Assembly (NCBI RefSeq): GCF_028368995.1
Contig: NZ_JAQNDL010000002.1
Coordinates: forward strand, 960,001 to 1,024,000
DNA length: 64,000 bases
Reading direction: 5' to 3'
Origin: Nannocystis bainbridge
GTDB lineage: Bacteria; Myxococcota_A; Polyangia; Nannocystales; Nannocystaceae
The position numbers and the translations under genes are program-made. Below are positions 11,457 through 24,165 of the stretch, in pieces; positions within the stretch are counted from its first letter, which is position 1; each line of letters opens with the position of its first letter. A model generated the notes under the pieces. That model saw only the letters and a program-made list of their open reading frames with translations, did no database searches and was not told where the DNA came from.

Positions 11457-14174
11457 TTGAATCAGATCACCCAATTTGGCCCCTACAAGCTGATGGAGCG
11501 CATCAGCGTGGGCGGCATGGCGGAGGTGTACAAGGCCGTCGAGCAGGGCGTCGAGGGCTTCGAGCGGATCGTCGCCGTCAAGCGGATCCTGCCGCACATC
11601 GCCGAGGATGACGAATTCATCACGATGTTCAAGGACGAGGCCAAGATCGCCGGCCAGCTCCAGCACGGGAACATCGCGCAGATCTACAACCTCGGCCAGC
11701 AGGGCGACAGCTTCTACATCGCGCTCGAGTACGTCGCCGGCAAGGACCTCCGCAACATCTTCACCCGCTGCCAGCAGCAGGGCAAGCCGATGCCGCTCGC
11801 GCAGGCCTGCTTCGTGGTGATGAAAATCTGCGAGGGCCTCGACTACGCCCATAACAAGCGCGACAAGCACGGCCGGCACCTCAACATCGTCCACCGCGAC
11901 GTGAGCCCGCCGAACATCCTCGTGTCCTACGAGGGCGAGGTGAAGCTCATCGACTTCGGCGTGGCCAAGGCCGCCGGTCGGGTCTCGCGCACGCAGGCCG
12001 GCATCCTCAAGGGCAAGTTCGGCTACATGTCCCCGGAGCAGGTCCGCGGCATGCCGCTCGACCGCCGCAGCGACGTGTTCTCGCTCGGCGTGGTGCTCTA
12101 CGAGGTGCTGGTCGGCAACCGCTTGTTCCAGGGCGAGACCGACTTCGCCACCCTCGAGATGGTGCGCACCGTCGACGTCCCGGTGCCGAGCTCGAAGAAC
12201 CCGGAGATCCCGAAGGACCTCGAGAACATCATCATGAAGGCGCTCTCGGGCGAGCCCGAGACCCGCTACCAGACGGCGATGGAGCTCCACGACGACCTCC
12301 AGGCCTTCATGTTCGCGCACGGCATGTTCTACAGTCGCAAGGACCTCGCGACGTGGATGCGCAAGCAGTACGCGCGAGAGATCGAGCTCGAGAAGGGCTC
12401 GGGCAAGGCCCCGCCGGCGCCCGGGCAGCGGCCCGCCCCGCCCGGAGCTCCGCCGCGCAAGGCCCCGCCGCCGCGCCCGCCGGGCAACAAGACAGTGCCG
12501 CCGCAGGCGAGGCCGGCCGCGATCCCGCCAGCGGGCCGTTCTGCGGCCCCGGCGAGCCGCTCCGACGCCGATCCGCTGCAGCCGAGCGAGGACCAACTGG
12601 CCGCGGCGCGCAAGCGGTCGAAGACGATGTTGATGTCGCCGTCGAGCCGGCCTTCGACGCTCAAGCCCGGTACGCCGGCGACCGGGAGCGTGCCGACGCT
12701 GCCGCCGGGGATGGGCGGGCCGAAGGATCCGATCAAGTCGACGATCGTGCCCGGCGGCGCCCCGCCGCAGCCGGCCAAGAGCTCCGCCCCGCCGCGGGCC
12801 GCAGCCGCTCCGGCGGCGGCCAAGGCCGCTCCCATGCCCGCGTCGGACCTCGACTGGGACGACGACGAGCTCGAGACCAAGCTGTTCGACGATCCGGTCG
12901 GCGTGCCCAAGGTGAAGCGGCCGGAAGGCGAGGGGCCGCTGCGCCCGGAGCCGCCGCCGCAGGCCGGCCAGATCGACTCCGACGCCGACGAGGGCTCGCC
13001 GACGGTCCAGATCCCGCCGAGCGCCGCGGCCGTGATCCTGGCCGCCTCGATGGCCCAGGGGCCCTCGCAGGCGATGCCGGCGCCGCCGCCCGGCGCGACC
13101 CTCAGCCCCGCGGCCTCGTCGAGCATGGCCCGCGCGCCGGCCCCGATCGCGCCGTCGGTCACCGGTCCGCGCCCGGCGGCGCAGGCCCAGACGCACGCGG
13201 TCACGGCCGAGGTCGAGATCGAGGACACCGAGACGGGCAAGCGCCCGCCGCCGATCGCCCTCTACGCGGCCGCCGGCATCGGTGCGCTGCTGCTGGTCGT
13301 GTTCGTCATCTCGTTCTTGCGCGACCCGGCCGTGCCCACGCCGGGCCCGACCGATCCGGTCGCGTCCGCCGACACCGCCGCAGCGCCGCAGCCGACCGCG
13401 GCTGTCGGCACGGTCCAGCTCGACGTGAAGCCCGCCGACGCGCGCGTCACCGTCAACGGCGTCGAGTACCCCGGCAACACGCCGCGCCTGATCTCCAACC
13501 TCGGGCCCGGCACGCACAAGCTGATCGTGTCGCAGGACGCTGGCTACCTGCCGTACGAGCAGGATGTCCCGATCGCCGCCGGCCAGCAGCTGGCGCTGCA
13601 GGTCAAGCTGCAGGTCCGCGACATCACGCTGACGATCAACACCAAGCCGCCGGAGGCGACGGTCAAGCTGCTCGAGACCGGCGCGGCGCCGCTGCCGGTC
13701 GGCAAGGGCGGCGAGAGCTTCAAGCTGACGCGCAAGCCTGGCGTGGCCTACAAGGTCCTGGTCGAGGCGCCCGGGTTCGATCCGAGCGAGGTCCCGGTCA
13801 GCTTCAGCGGCGAGGCGTCCGACTCCGCCGAGGTCGTGCTCGTCAAGGCCAAGGGCCCGACGCCGCCCGACGTGGTGACGCCGGTGCCGAACAACAACAC
13901 GGCGACGCCCAAGCCGCCCGTCGACAAGCCCAAGCCGCCGGCCGACAAGCCCAAGCCGAAGGCGAAGACGGCCGAGCTCAAGATCGGCAGCGCCCCCGGC
14001 CGCCCGCCGGCCACGGTGTGGGTCGACAACCAGAAGCAGGCAAAGCCGACGCCGGTCGTCGTGATGGTCGCCCCCGGGTCGCACACCATCAAGTGGAAGT
14101 ACCCCGACGGCAAGACCGAGACCCGCAAGATCACCGCCACCGACGGCGCGCAGGTCATCAAGGGCACGCCCTGA
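11457..14174 (+). CDS. Membrane Ser/Thr protein kinase with Pro-rich linker and PEGA-like domains
   Basis: GGMAEVY, VAVKRI, HRDVSPPN, DFGVAK, GKFGYMSPEQ, TM segment AGIGALLLVVFVISFL, then PEGA-type repeats (VKPADARVTVNG). TTG start inferred. Confidence 0.93.
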   Translation: MNQITQFGPYKLMERISVGGMAEVYKAVEQGVEGFERIVAVKRILPHIAEDDEFITMFKDEAKIAGQLQHGNIAQIYNLGQQGDSFYIALEYVAGKDLRNIFTRCQQQGKPMPLAQACFVVMKICEGLDYAHNKRDKHGRHLNIVHRDVSPPNILVSYEGEVKLIDFGVAKAAGRVSRTQAGILKGKFGYMSPEQVRGMPLDRRSDVFSLGVVLYEVLVGNRLFQGETDFATLEMVRTVDVPVPSSKNPEIPKDLENIIMKALSGEPETRYQTAMELHDDLQAFMFAHGMFYSRKDLATWMRKQYAREIELEKGSGKAPPAPGQRPAPPGAPPRKAPPPRPPGNKTVPPQARPAAIPPAGRSAAPASRSDADPLQPSEDQLAAARKRSKTMLMSPSSRPSTLKPGTPATGSVPTLPPGMGGPKDPIKSTIVPGGAPPQPAKSSAPPRAAAAPAAAKAAPMPASDLDWDDDELETKLFDDPVGVPKVKRPEGEGPLRPEPPPQAGQIDSDADEGSPTVQIPPSAAAVILAASMAQGPSQAMPAPPPGATLSPAASSSMARAPAPIAPSVTGPRPAAQAQTHAVTAEVEIEDTETGKRPPPIALYAAAGIGALLLVVFVISFLRDPAVPTPGPTDPVASADTAAAPQPTAAVGTVQLDVKPADARVTVNGVEYPGNTPRLISNLGPGTHKLIVSQDAGYLPYEQDVPIAAGQQLALQVKLQVRDITLTINTKPPEATVKLLETGAAPLPVGKGGESFKLTRKPGVAYKVLVEAPGFDPSEVPVSFSGEASDSAEVVLVKAKGPTPPDVVTPVPNNNTATPKPPVDKPKPPADKPKPKAKTAELKIGSAPGRPPATVWVDNQKQAKPTPVVVMVAPGSHTIKWKYPDGKTETRKITATDGAQVIKGTP

Positions 14175-14181
14175 ACCCGCG

Positions 14182-14269
14182 CCTGCCCGATCGGGCAGGT
14201 CCTCGCGGACATGTGTGAACAGACAGGACCCGAGGGCCATGGCCTTCGGGTCCTGTGCTTTCGGGCAGG
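14182..14269. repeat. 14-bp-phased palindromic array (7 junctions)
   Basis: CCTG 14182, CAGG 14196, CATG 14210, CAGG 14224, CATG 14238, CCTG 14252, CAGG 14266. Confidence 0.9.
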
Positions 14270-14582
14270 TCGTCGCGCCCGCGATCCCATGAGCGGTCGA
14301 TGCTCCGGTGGGCCGTACCGAGGGGGTGAGCCAGCTCGCTCGCGCGGCGAAGGTGACGATGGCAGGGGCGCTGGTTCGCCCTCGGGCGGCTCCCCACGGC
14401 TCATCTTCGACCGATGCGCTCGCGCGGACTGCCGGTCGGCGCGCCTGTCGCTTCGGACATGTCCCGCAGGGCTGCCGCGCGGAGCCGACGGGCGCCGCTG
14501 CTGAGGGGGGGCCCCAGGGACCTGGTCCATCGGACATGGCCCGAAGGCCAGGGTCTTCGGGCCATGTCGCCCGGCGCGGAGG

Positions 14583-15227
14583 TCAGCGGGCCAGCGCCTC
14601 GGGGCAGGCCTGGAGCGGGCCGGCGATCACGCCCTCGGCGGTGGCGACGCCGTCGCGGCGGAACTCGTTGCACGGGTCGGCTTCGTCGTCGCCGCGCACG
14701 ATCACCGTGAAGCGGCACACCCCGTGGTCGTCGGGGTTGCTGTTGTGCGTGACCAGGTCGTAATGGTGGGCGTGCGGGGTGGTCTGCACGAACCCGAGGG
14801 CGATCCACATCGGGTGGGCCGTCCATGCCGTCAGCGGATAGGCGCCGGGGACATCGGTCGCGCCGGGCGTGCAGGCTCCGCCGGCGGCGTCGCTGCAGAC
14901 GATGTCGAGGCTCGGAGTGAAACCTGTTTCACCGCCGGCGGACGCGCCCGGCGGATGCGGGCAGCGGTGCGGGGCCTCGGCGCCGTCGTCGGTGAAGCTC
15001 GGGCGACGCTCGTGGTAGTACGCCGCCGTGGCGTTGAACAGCTCGCCCATGACCGTCACTGCCTCCGTGTGACGCTCGTGTCGCTTGATCGCCGCGTGCT
15101 CGCGCACCGCGAGGGCCGCGAGGATCGCCGCGATCGCGACCACGAGCAGCGAGTCGAGAGACGACAGACCCCGGCGCGCGCGACCGGAGCGTGGTGGGGG
15201 AAGCGGGCGATGGGCGTGGGGGGACAT
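14583..15227 (-). CDS. Type IV pilin-like protein with degenerate prepilin motif
   Basis: RRG|LSSLDSLLVVAIAAILAALAV followed by an amphipathic helix (TEAVTVMGELFNATAAYY), WIALGF and Cys residues, as in myxobacterial pilins. Confidence 0.6.
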   Translation of the reverse strand: MSPHAHRPLPPPRSGRARRGLSSLDSLLVVAIAAILAALAVREHAAIKRHERHTEAVTVMGELFNATAAYYHERRPSFTDDGAEAPHRCPHPPGASAGGETGFTPSLDIVCSDAAGGACTPGATDVPGAYPLTAWTAHPMWIALGFVQTTPHAHHYDLVTHNSNPDDHGVCRFTVIVRGDDEADPCNEFRRDGVATAEGVIAGPLQACPEALAR

Positions 15228-15425
15228 GATCGCGTCAGTGGGTCGACCGAAGGCCAGCCGGATGGGAGGCTGCTGGGTCTGTCGGCGTGACACGCGGCGC
15301 ACGAGGGCTGGCCGCTGAACTTCCTAGGTAAACTCTATTCAAAATTCGATCACACTCGGCTCCGATGCAAGGATCCAGATTCGCACAGGACTCTGGGGTA
15401 TCTCGCGCGCTCCTGTCCGGCGGTC

Positions 15426-16241
15426 TCAAGGATGCGCGATCCGGCCCGCGTTTGGGTCGGGCTTGCGCAGAACGGCGAGCAAGTGCGCGCCGAACTGGCG
15501 CAGAAAGCTGTCGCGGGCCCACCACTCGCCGGCCGCCAGGACTCTGCCGAGCAGCGGCAGCGAGAGGATCCGGGAGATCGGCACGAGCACCCGGATCCCG
15601 TACACCCGCGAGAGCTCCAGTTCGCGGGGGGCGAGCTTGAGCAGGCGGCCGAGCGAATCGTAGCGGGTGACGTGGTGGTCGCCCTCGACGAGGACCCCGC
15701 CGGCGGCGACGACCGTGATCGGGTGGCGGATCCCGTGGGCGACGCCGCGGAGGCTGCGAGGGTTGTTGATCTCGAGCAGCAGCAGGCCGCCGGGCGCCGT
15801 GACGCGGACCGCCTCTCGCAGCAGCGAGCGCACCAGCGCCAGCGAGCTCTCCTCGTCGCGGCCGAGGTGGGCCAGCGTGCGCAGGCAATAGACGGCTTCG
15901 TAGGAGGCATCCTCGGCGGGGATCTGCAGCGAGTCGCCGTGTTGGTCGAGTTCGGCGAGCGGCGCGACCGAGACGGAGCTGGCGACGCGGCGGACCCACT
16001 GGGTGATCTCCGGCGCGCCGTGGCCGAGGTCGAGGACGCGGCGGCCGGCCACGTGGCGGAGCACGGCCTCGCCCGCGAGCGCCTGGGTGAGCTCGGACGC
16101 GCTGGCGCCCGGGTCCGTCATCGCCGGCACGGGAGCGCCCCACCAGGTCTGTTCGCTGGAAGCCTCGGGCGGTGCGGCCGCGCCCCGGCGGCTGCTCGCG
16201 CCTGACGACCGTGGATTCGTTGACCCGCTCACAGGCTCCAT
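15426..16241 (-). CDS. Class I SAM-dependent methyltransferase
   Basis: RVLDLGHG, IPAEDASYEAVYCLRTLAH, EAVRVTAPGGLLLLE. Start uncertain (16241 or 16121). Confidence 0.75.
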   Translation of the reverse strand: MEPVSGSTNPRSSGASSRRGAAAPPEASSEQTWWGAPVPAMTDPGASASELTQALAGEAVLRHVAGRRVLDLGHGAPEITQWVRRVASSVSVAPLAELDQHGDSLQIPAEDASYEAVYCLRTLAHLGRDEESSLALVRSLLREAVRVTAPGGLLLLEINNPRSLRGVAHGIRHPITVVAAGGVLVEGDHHVTRYDSLGRLLKLAPRELELSRVYGIRVLVPISRILSLPLLGRVLAAGEWWARDSFLRQFGAHLLAVLRKPDPNAGRIAHP

Positions 16242-16271
16242 GGTACCCCTTGGACCCTCGAAGGAGCCTCG

Positions 16272-17153
16272 ATGCCGACCAAGATCCTCGCGATCGACGA
16301 CAGCAAGACCATGCGCCTCGCCATCAAGATCACCTTCGCGGCCGAAGACTATGACGTAGTCGCGGTGAGCAAGGGCTCCGAGGCGGTCGCCCGCGCCAAG
16401 CAGATGCCAGCGGACGTGCTTATCGTCGACGCCGCGCTCGCCGCCGGCGAGCCCTCCGGGTACGATGTGGTCAAGGCGATTCGCGCCGACCCCGACACCG
16501 CGCACATCCCGGTGCTCCTCCTGGTCTCGAACCAGGTCGGCATCGACGAGGCCCAGGTCCAGGCCAGCGGCGCCAACGGGGCGATGATCAAGCCGTTCGA
16601 CACCCAGGAAATGCTCGAGAAGGTGACCGCCCTCGCGCAGGGCAAGCCGATCTCGAGCGGCAAGACGGTCCCGAAGACTGCGCCCGCGCCGCAGCCGACC
16701 GCCGCGCCGGCCCGTCCGGCGCCGGCCGTCGCGCCGACGCCCGTGGCCGCCGCGCCGACGCCGGTGGCTGCCCGCCCGGTCCAAGCTCCTTCGACGCCTC
16801 CGGCCGCGGCGCCCAAGCCCGCGGTCGCGGCGACCCCGACGCCCGCGGCGCGGCCCGCGGCGACCCCCGCCAGCGGCGGCAACAAGAATTTCCCGGCAGC
16901 TTTCGCTTCAGGAGAGGATATGGCCAGCAAGATCCCGATCGCGACCCCCATCCCGTTCGCTCCCGCCGATGCGCCGTCCGCCGGCATGCTCAAGCGCCTC
17001 CAGGCGGCCGGCGGGGCCGGCACTGGGCTCGACCCGAAGGCCGTGCAAGCGCTGCTGTCCCTCAGCCGCGACGTGATCGAGCAGGTCGTTTGGGAGGTCG
17101 TCCCGGACATGGCTGAGCAGATCCTCGCGCGCGGGCAGCAGGCCCGGCACTGA
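16272..17153 (+). CDS. romR: RomR-like polarity response regulator
   Basis: N-terminal receiver domain (ILAIDDS...IVD...KPF), Pro/Ala linker, C-terminal SRDVIEQVVWEVVPDMAEQI motif typical of RomR, located upstream of valS. Confidence 0.75.
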   Translation: MPTKILAIDDSKTMRLAIKITFAAEDYDVVAVSKGSEAVARAKQMPADVLIVDAALAAGEPSGYDVVKAIRADPDTAHIPVLLLVSNQVGIDEAQVQASGANGAMIKPFDTQEMLEKVTALAQGKPISSGKTVPKTAPAPQPTAAPARPAPAVAPTPVAAAPTPVAARPVQAPSTPPAAAPKPAVAATPTPAARPAATPASGGNKNFPAAFASGEDMASKIPIATPIPFAPADAPSAGMLKRLQAAGGAGTGLDPKAVQALLSLSRDVIEQVVWEVVPDMAEQILARGQQARH

Positions 17154-17366
17154 GCCGTCCCGGGGCTGGCCCCGGTTCCAAGATGATGGCCGCCTCGCGC
17201 GATCTGGATCGCTCCCAGGTCGATGCGTGGCGGCTTTGCCGTGTTCGCGGTGGTGGCCCACGCGACACACGAAGGTGCGCCCCCGCCGGACCGTGACAGA
17301 GTCTCGGCGGGGATGGGCCGCATGAGTGCGAGTGACGATGCCGCCCCGACGAGGGCCGGAGGGAGC

Positions 17367-20117
<2,751 letters not shown>

Positions 20118-20137
20118 CGGGCGCTCGTTCACGAAGG

Positions 20138-20171
20138 AACGGGCATGTCCTCGCGGACATGCCCGTTTTTT
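20138..20171 (+). terminator. Rho-independent terminator after valS, built from 14-bp palindromic units
   Basis: AACGGGCATGTCC-TCGC-GGACATGCCCGTT-TTTT. Confidence 0.8.
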
Positions 20172-20345
20172 CATGTGCGAAAGGACATGTCGTGAAGGGC
20201 ATGTCTGATAGGACATGCCAGAGGTCGACGGCGAGGGAATGACGGGGGCTCACGAGCGCCGCGGCGCGAGGTCGCGGACCGGCGAGCGCCGCGGATCGTC
20301 AGCGAGTTCGAAGGTCGCGGCGTCGCGCTCGCGCCGGCGCGGCGC

Positions 20346-20765
20346 TCAGGGCTGGCGCGGCGTCAGGAAGCCGGCGTCGAAGGCCAGCGGCAGGAGGTCG
20401 CGGACGGACGAGTGCAGGCGGGCGCCGCCGGTGGTCACGAGCACGAGGTCGGCGTCGGCGGCGAACTCGAAGAGGATCTGGCGGCACGCACCGCACGGCG
20501 GGGTCGGGACCTCGGCGGCGGTGACGACGGCGATCGACGCGATCTTGCCCGCGCCGTGGGTCACTGCGTGGAAGATCGCCACCCGCTCGGCGCACAGGCC
20601 GAGGGTGTAGCTGGCGTTCTCGACGTTGGCGCCGGTCCAGATCCTGCCGTCGACGTCGCGCATGGCGCAGCCGACGGCGAAGCCGCTGAACGGGCAGTGG
20701 GCGCGGCCGCGGACCTCGACGGCTGCGGCGACGAGCGCGGCTTCCTGGGACTCAGTTGCCGTCAT
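20346..20765 (-). CDS. cdd: Cytidine deaminase
   Basis: GANVENASY..GLCAERVAI and PCGACRQILFEF zinc motifs. Confidence 0.95.
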   Translation of the reverse strand: MTATESQEAALVAAAVEVRGRAHCPFSGFAVGCAMRDVDGRIWTGANVENASYTLGLCAERVAIFHAVTHGAGKIASIAVVTAAEVPTPPCGACRQILFEFAADADLVLVTTGGARLHSSVRDLLPLAFDAGFLTPRQP

Positions 20766-22179
20766 CCATCACGTCTTCGATCTCTTCGATCTCTTCGACC
20801 AACTCGGGCTCGGCCTTGGTGAGCTTGGGGATCACGAGGCCGCGCGGGTTGGTCTCGACGAACGACTCCGTCTCGTCGGTGTCGACGTCGACGCCCACGT
20901 CGGTGTCGGCCTCGGTCTCGCTGACGTCGACGACCATGGTCCGCTCGCCGCCGTCACCGATCGCGTGGGCGAGCTGCGACTGCGAGTCCTCGAGGCGGCG
21001 TCCGAGCTCGGCGGAGAGGCTCCACAGCAGCTTGGAGGCGAGCGCGTGATCGCGGCGCAGCAGCTCCTGCAGGTCGCGGCGACCGATCCGCAGCAGCTTG
21101 CCGTTGGCCTCGACGGTGATGGTGACGCGCGCTGTGTCGGTGCCGACGAGGTCGGTCTCGCCGAGCAGGGTGCCGGCGTTGACGGTGACGAGGTGGTTGC
21201 CGCCGCGCGAGAGGGTGGCGCGGCCGTCGAGGACCACGAACAGGTCGCCCGGCTCCTCGCCCTCGCGCGCGAGCACCTCGCCCTTGTGGCAGGCCTGGAC
21301 GCGCGAGATGTTCATGACTTTGCACAGGTGCTGGTACGTCAGGCCCTCGAACAGCTTGACGCCGCGCAGGGTCTCGACGGTGAACTGCAGCTGAGCGACG
21401 CGCGACGCGTCGCCGCGGACCTGCACCGCGAGGGCGGTGACGTTGTCCTTGCCGCCGCGGCTGTTGGCGAGGTCGATGAAGCGGCCCGGGATGTCCTCGA
21501 TGTCGGAGAGCGCCAGGTTGCTGGCGATCTCGGCGTCGTCGAGATAGTCGTAGAGCCCGTCGGAGCACAGCAGGAACGCGTCGCCCGGCAGGATCTCGAA
21601 GTCGAGGATGTCGACCTCGACGTGCTCGTAGACGCCGACGGCCCGCGTCATCGCGTTCTTGAAGTTGGCGTACGGGCTGACCGCGAACTCGTCGGCGCGG
21701 ACCTTGCCGCTGCGGATCAGCTCGTTCATCAGCGAGTGATCCTCGGTCAGCGGATAGACCACGCCGTTGCGGCTGAGGTAGATCCGGCTGTCGCCGACGT
21801 AGGCGATGAAGCCGCGCTGACCGATGATCAGCAGCGCGACCACGGTGGTGCCCATGCCGCGCTTCTCGGGCTCCTGCTGGGCCTTGTGATAGATCTGCGC
21901 CGAGGCCGAGTGCACGGCGTACTCGAGCAGGGTGCACAGCTCCATCTGCGCGGTCGCATCGAAGTCGCCGAAGCGCGTCAGCAGGTCGCGCTCGCGGCTG
22001 ACGACGTCGCGGATCGTGTGCACCGCCAGCGCGCTCGCCACTTCACCGGACGCGTGGCCCCCCATGCCATCCGCGACGATGAAGAGGTTGAGGTTCTTGT
22101 CGATGAGGAAATTGTCCTCGTTGTGCGACCGCTTTCGCCCGACATCGGTCGCTGCCCAGTGCTTGATCTCCATCGCCAT
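20752..22179 (-). CDS. PP2C-family Ser/Thr phosphatase with C-terminal cyclic-nucleotide-binding domain
   Basis: TDVGRKRSHNED, VADGMGGH, GMGTT, VGDSRIY, LLCSDGL, GGKDNVT, then LFEGL...REGEEPGDLFVVLDG...GTLLGE (cNMP-like). Confidence 0.9.
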   Translation of the reverse strand: MAMEIKHWAATDVGRKRSHNEDNFLIDKNLNLFIVADGMGGHASGEVASALAVHTIRDVVSRERDLLTRFGDFDATAQMELCTLLEYAVHSASAQIYHKAQQEPEKRGMGTTVVALLIIGQRGFIAYVGDSRIYLSRNGVVYPLTEDHSLMNELIRSGKVRADEFAVSPYANFKNAMTRAVGVYEHVEVDILDFEILPGDAFLLCSDGLYDYLDDAEIASNLALSDIEDIPGRFIDLANSRGGKDNVTALAVQVRGDASRVAQLQFTVETLRGVKLFEGLTYQHLCKVMNISRVQACHKGEVLAREGEEPGDLFVVLDGRATLSRGGNHLVTVNAGTLLGETDLVGTDTARVTITVEANGKLLRIGRRDLQELLRRDHALASKLLWSLSAELGRRLEDSQSQLAHAIGDGGERTMVVDVSETEADTDVGVDVDTDETESFVETNPRGLVIPKLTKAEPELVEEIEEIEDVMDDGN

Positions 22180-22200
22180 GGACCTCGTCGCTACCGGACC

Positions 22201-23412
22201 TCAGGGCTCCGGCGCCGCTGCCGAGAATACGGCATCGAGCGGGCGCTGGGCGGCGTCGGCTCCTGCGAGCCGGGCGGCGAGTGCGTCGAGATCGCTCTGG
22301 CCGACCGCGGCGCCGTCGAGCCATACGCCCTCGGGTAACGCGGTGATGCCTCCAGGCCCCCGCTCGAGCTCGGGTTCGCCCAGCTCGCAGGTCTGCGCCT
22401 CGGGCGCTTCGTCGAGGCGGGCGATGAAGTCGGCCGCCGCGGCGCTGCGCGGCTCCCTGCGAGCGCCTTCGCCCTCGCGCGCGAGGATCCGCAGGTACTC
22501 GAGCTGCAGCCCCAGGCGCTCGGCCACGCAGGTGCGCACCCGCAGCTGCCGGGCCCCGGTGTTGGTGCCGCGGGCGATGACCTGCACGGCCAGGAGGCCA
22601 GGATTCTGCCGGCGGAACTCGAGAACCGGGGCGAGCAGCGAGAAATTGGGGTGCTCGTCGTGCTCGGCGAACACGACGAGGCGATGGGGGAGGGCGACCC
22701 CACCGACGATCATGCCCGCCTTCGCCGGCGGGCGCATGAGCCGCTGGCTGATGCCGCGTCGGGCGGCGATCAGCGGCCGCACGAGCGGGCGGTTGCCGCG
22801 GATCCGCTGGGCCTCGCGGGCCAGCTCGCCGCGCACGCGCTCGAGGCCGAGGCCGTCCTCGAAGGCGGCGGCCTGGCCGACGACGAAGATCGGCGGACGG
22901 CCGAGGTAGCCGCCGGCGGCTTGATGCAGGCGCTGCAGCTCGGCCTTGCCGGCGCGCAGGGCGGTGTCGATGCAGCGATCGTCGAGGATCGCGGTGAGAT
23001 CTTCAGGGCGCATCCCGAGCTCGCCGGCGAGGATGGGACGGGCTGCGAGATCGGCGAGGCGGACGGCCAGGCGATCGCGGCCGTCGCGGTCGAGCAGGCG
23101 CAGCGCGGCCTCCTGGTGGCCGCGCACGCCGGCGCCGAGCAGGAGGCGGAGGATCCGGGCGTCCCCCGGGGTCTCGACCATGGTCGTGGCGATCGGGACG
23201 ACGCGCACGCTGACGGCGCCCTCGTGGTCGGCGACGAGGCGCCGGAGTTCGAGCCAGAGGCTGAAGGTCGTGGGCGCGAATGGGTCGACGAAGGCGGAGA
23301 TCGCCAGGGGGGCGTCGACCGGGCCGACGTGGAGGGTCAACGGGGCGCAGTCGGGGCCGCGCGCGGCCGGTGCGGCGAGCAGCACGGCGGCGAGCGCGGA
23401 GGCGACGAGCAC
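22201..23412 (-). CDS. Exported hypothetical protein with degenerate DsbA/thioredoxin-like folds
   Basis: Signal peptide, then VGPVDAPLAISAFVD and IVGGVALPHRLVVFAE, resembling DsbA N-termini but without CxxC. Confidence 0.5.
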   Translation of the reverse strand: MLVASALAAVLLAAPAARGPDCAPLTLHVGPVDAPLAISAFVDPFAPTTFSLWLELRRLVADHEGAVSVRVVPIATTMVETPGDARILRLLLGAGVRGHQEAALRLLDRDGRDRLAVRLADLAARPILAGELGMRPEDLTAILDDRCIDTALRAGKAELQRLHQAAGGYLGRPPIFVVGQAAAFEDGLGLERVRGELAREAQRIRGNRPLVRPLIAARRGISQRLMRPPAKAGMIVGGVALPHRLVVFAEHDEHPNFSLLAPVLEFRRQNPGLLAVQVIARGTNTGARQLRVRTCVAERLGLQLEYLRILAREGEGARREPRSAAAADFIARLDEAPEAQTCELGEPELERGPGGITALPEGVWLDGAAVGQSDLDALAARLAGADAAQRPLDAVFSAAAPEP

Positions 23413-23456
23413 GCGCCCACTGTGACCTGCAGCCGCGGTTTGTTCAAGGCGAGCCC

Positions 23457-24158
23457 GTGGTAGTGTCGCGGCCCGTGCTGCGCGCCGCCCTGCATGTCCT
23501 GCTCAGTGGGTCGCTCCTCGCCGGCCCACCGACGGCGCGCGAGTACACCGGCGACGACGCGGCCATCGAGGCGCCGAGCGCCGGCGGGACGACGCCCGAG
23601 GTGCCCGAGCCGCCGACGACGGCCGGCCAGCCCCCGGCGGGCGCGATGGCGCCGACGGGCGCGCCGCAGGGCACCGAGGGCACGAGTTCGGCGAGCGCGA
23701 CGTCGCCGTCGGCCTCGACGCCGGACACCACGCCGCCGACGCCCGCGCCGGTACAGCCCGAGGGGCCGGCGGACGATGAAGAAGAAGAGGACGAGCTCCC
23801 GTACGACCCGCTGATCGACAGCCCGGAGGCTCAGCGTGCGCGCAGCTGGGTGCGCGGCGGCGCGGTGTTCCTCGGCATCGGCGCGGTGCTGACCGGCGGC
23901 GGGATCGCCATGTCGCAGGCCAAGGTCAACACGCTCGAACAGCAGGAAGCCTGCGATGCGCGCCAGGACCGGGCCGGCAACGGTTGTCTAGAGCCGGCGC
24001 GAAACCGCGCTGCGGCCGCGATGCTGGTCCCGGGCGTGCTGCTGCTGCTCGGCGGGGCGGCGATGCTGACGGCCGGCAAGCTGCAGCAGAAGCGCCTGCG
24101 GGCCGACCTGCGGGCGAGCCGCCGCGAGGTGGTGCTCGGGCTGCAGTGGTCGTTCTGA
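23457..24158 (+). CDS. Hypothetical exported/membrane protein with Pro/Thr-rich N-terminus
   Basis: Two hydrophobic segments and a C-terminal LGLQWSF end. Start uncertain. Confidence 0.6.
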   Translation: MVVSRPVLRAALHVLLSGSLLAGPPTAREYTGDDAAIEAPSAGGTTPEVPEPPTTAGQPPAGAMAPTGAPQGTEGTSSASATSPSASTPDTTPPTPAPVQPEGPADDEEEEDELPYDPLIDSPEAQRARSWVRGGAVFLGIGAVLTGGGIAMSQAKVNTLEQQEACDARQDRAGNGCLEPARNRAAAAMLVPGVLLLLGGAAMLTAGKLQQKRLRADLRASRREVVLGLQWSF

Positions 24159-24165
24159 GGCGAGC

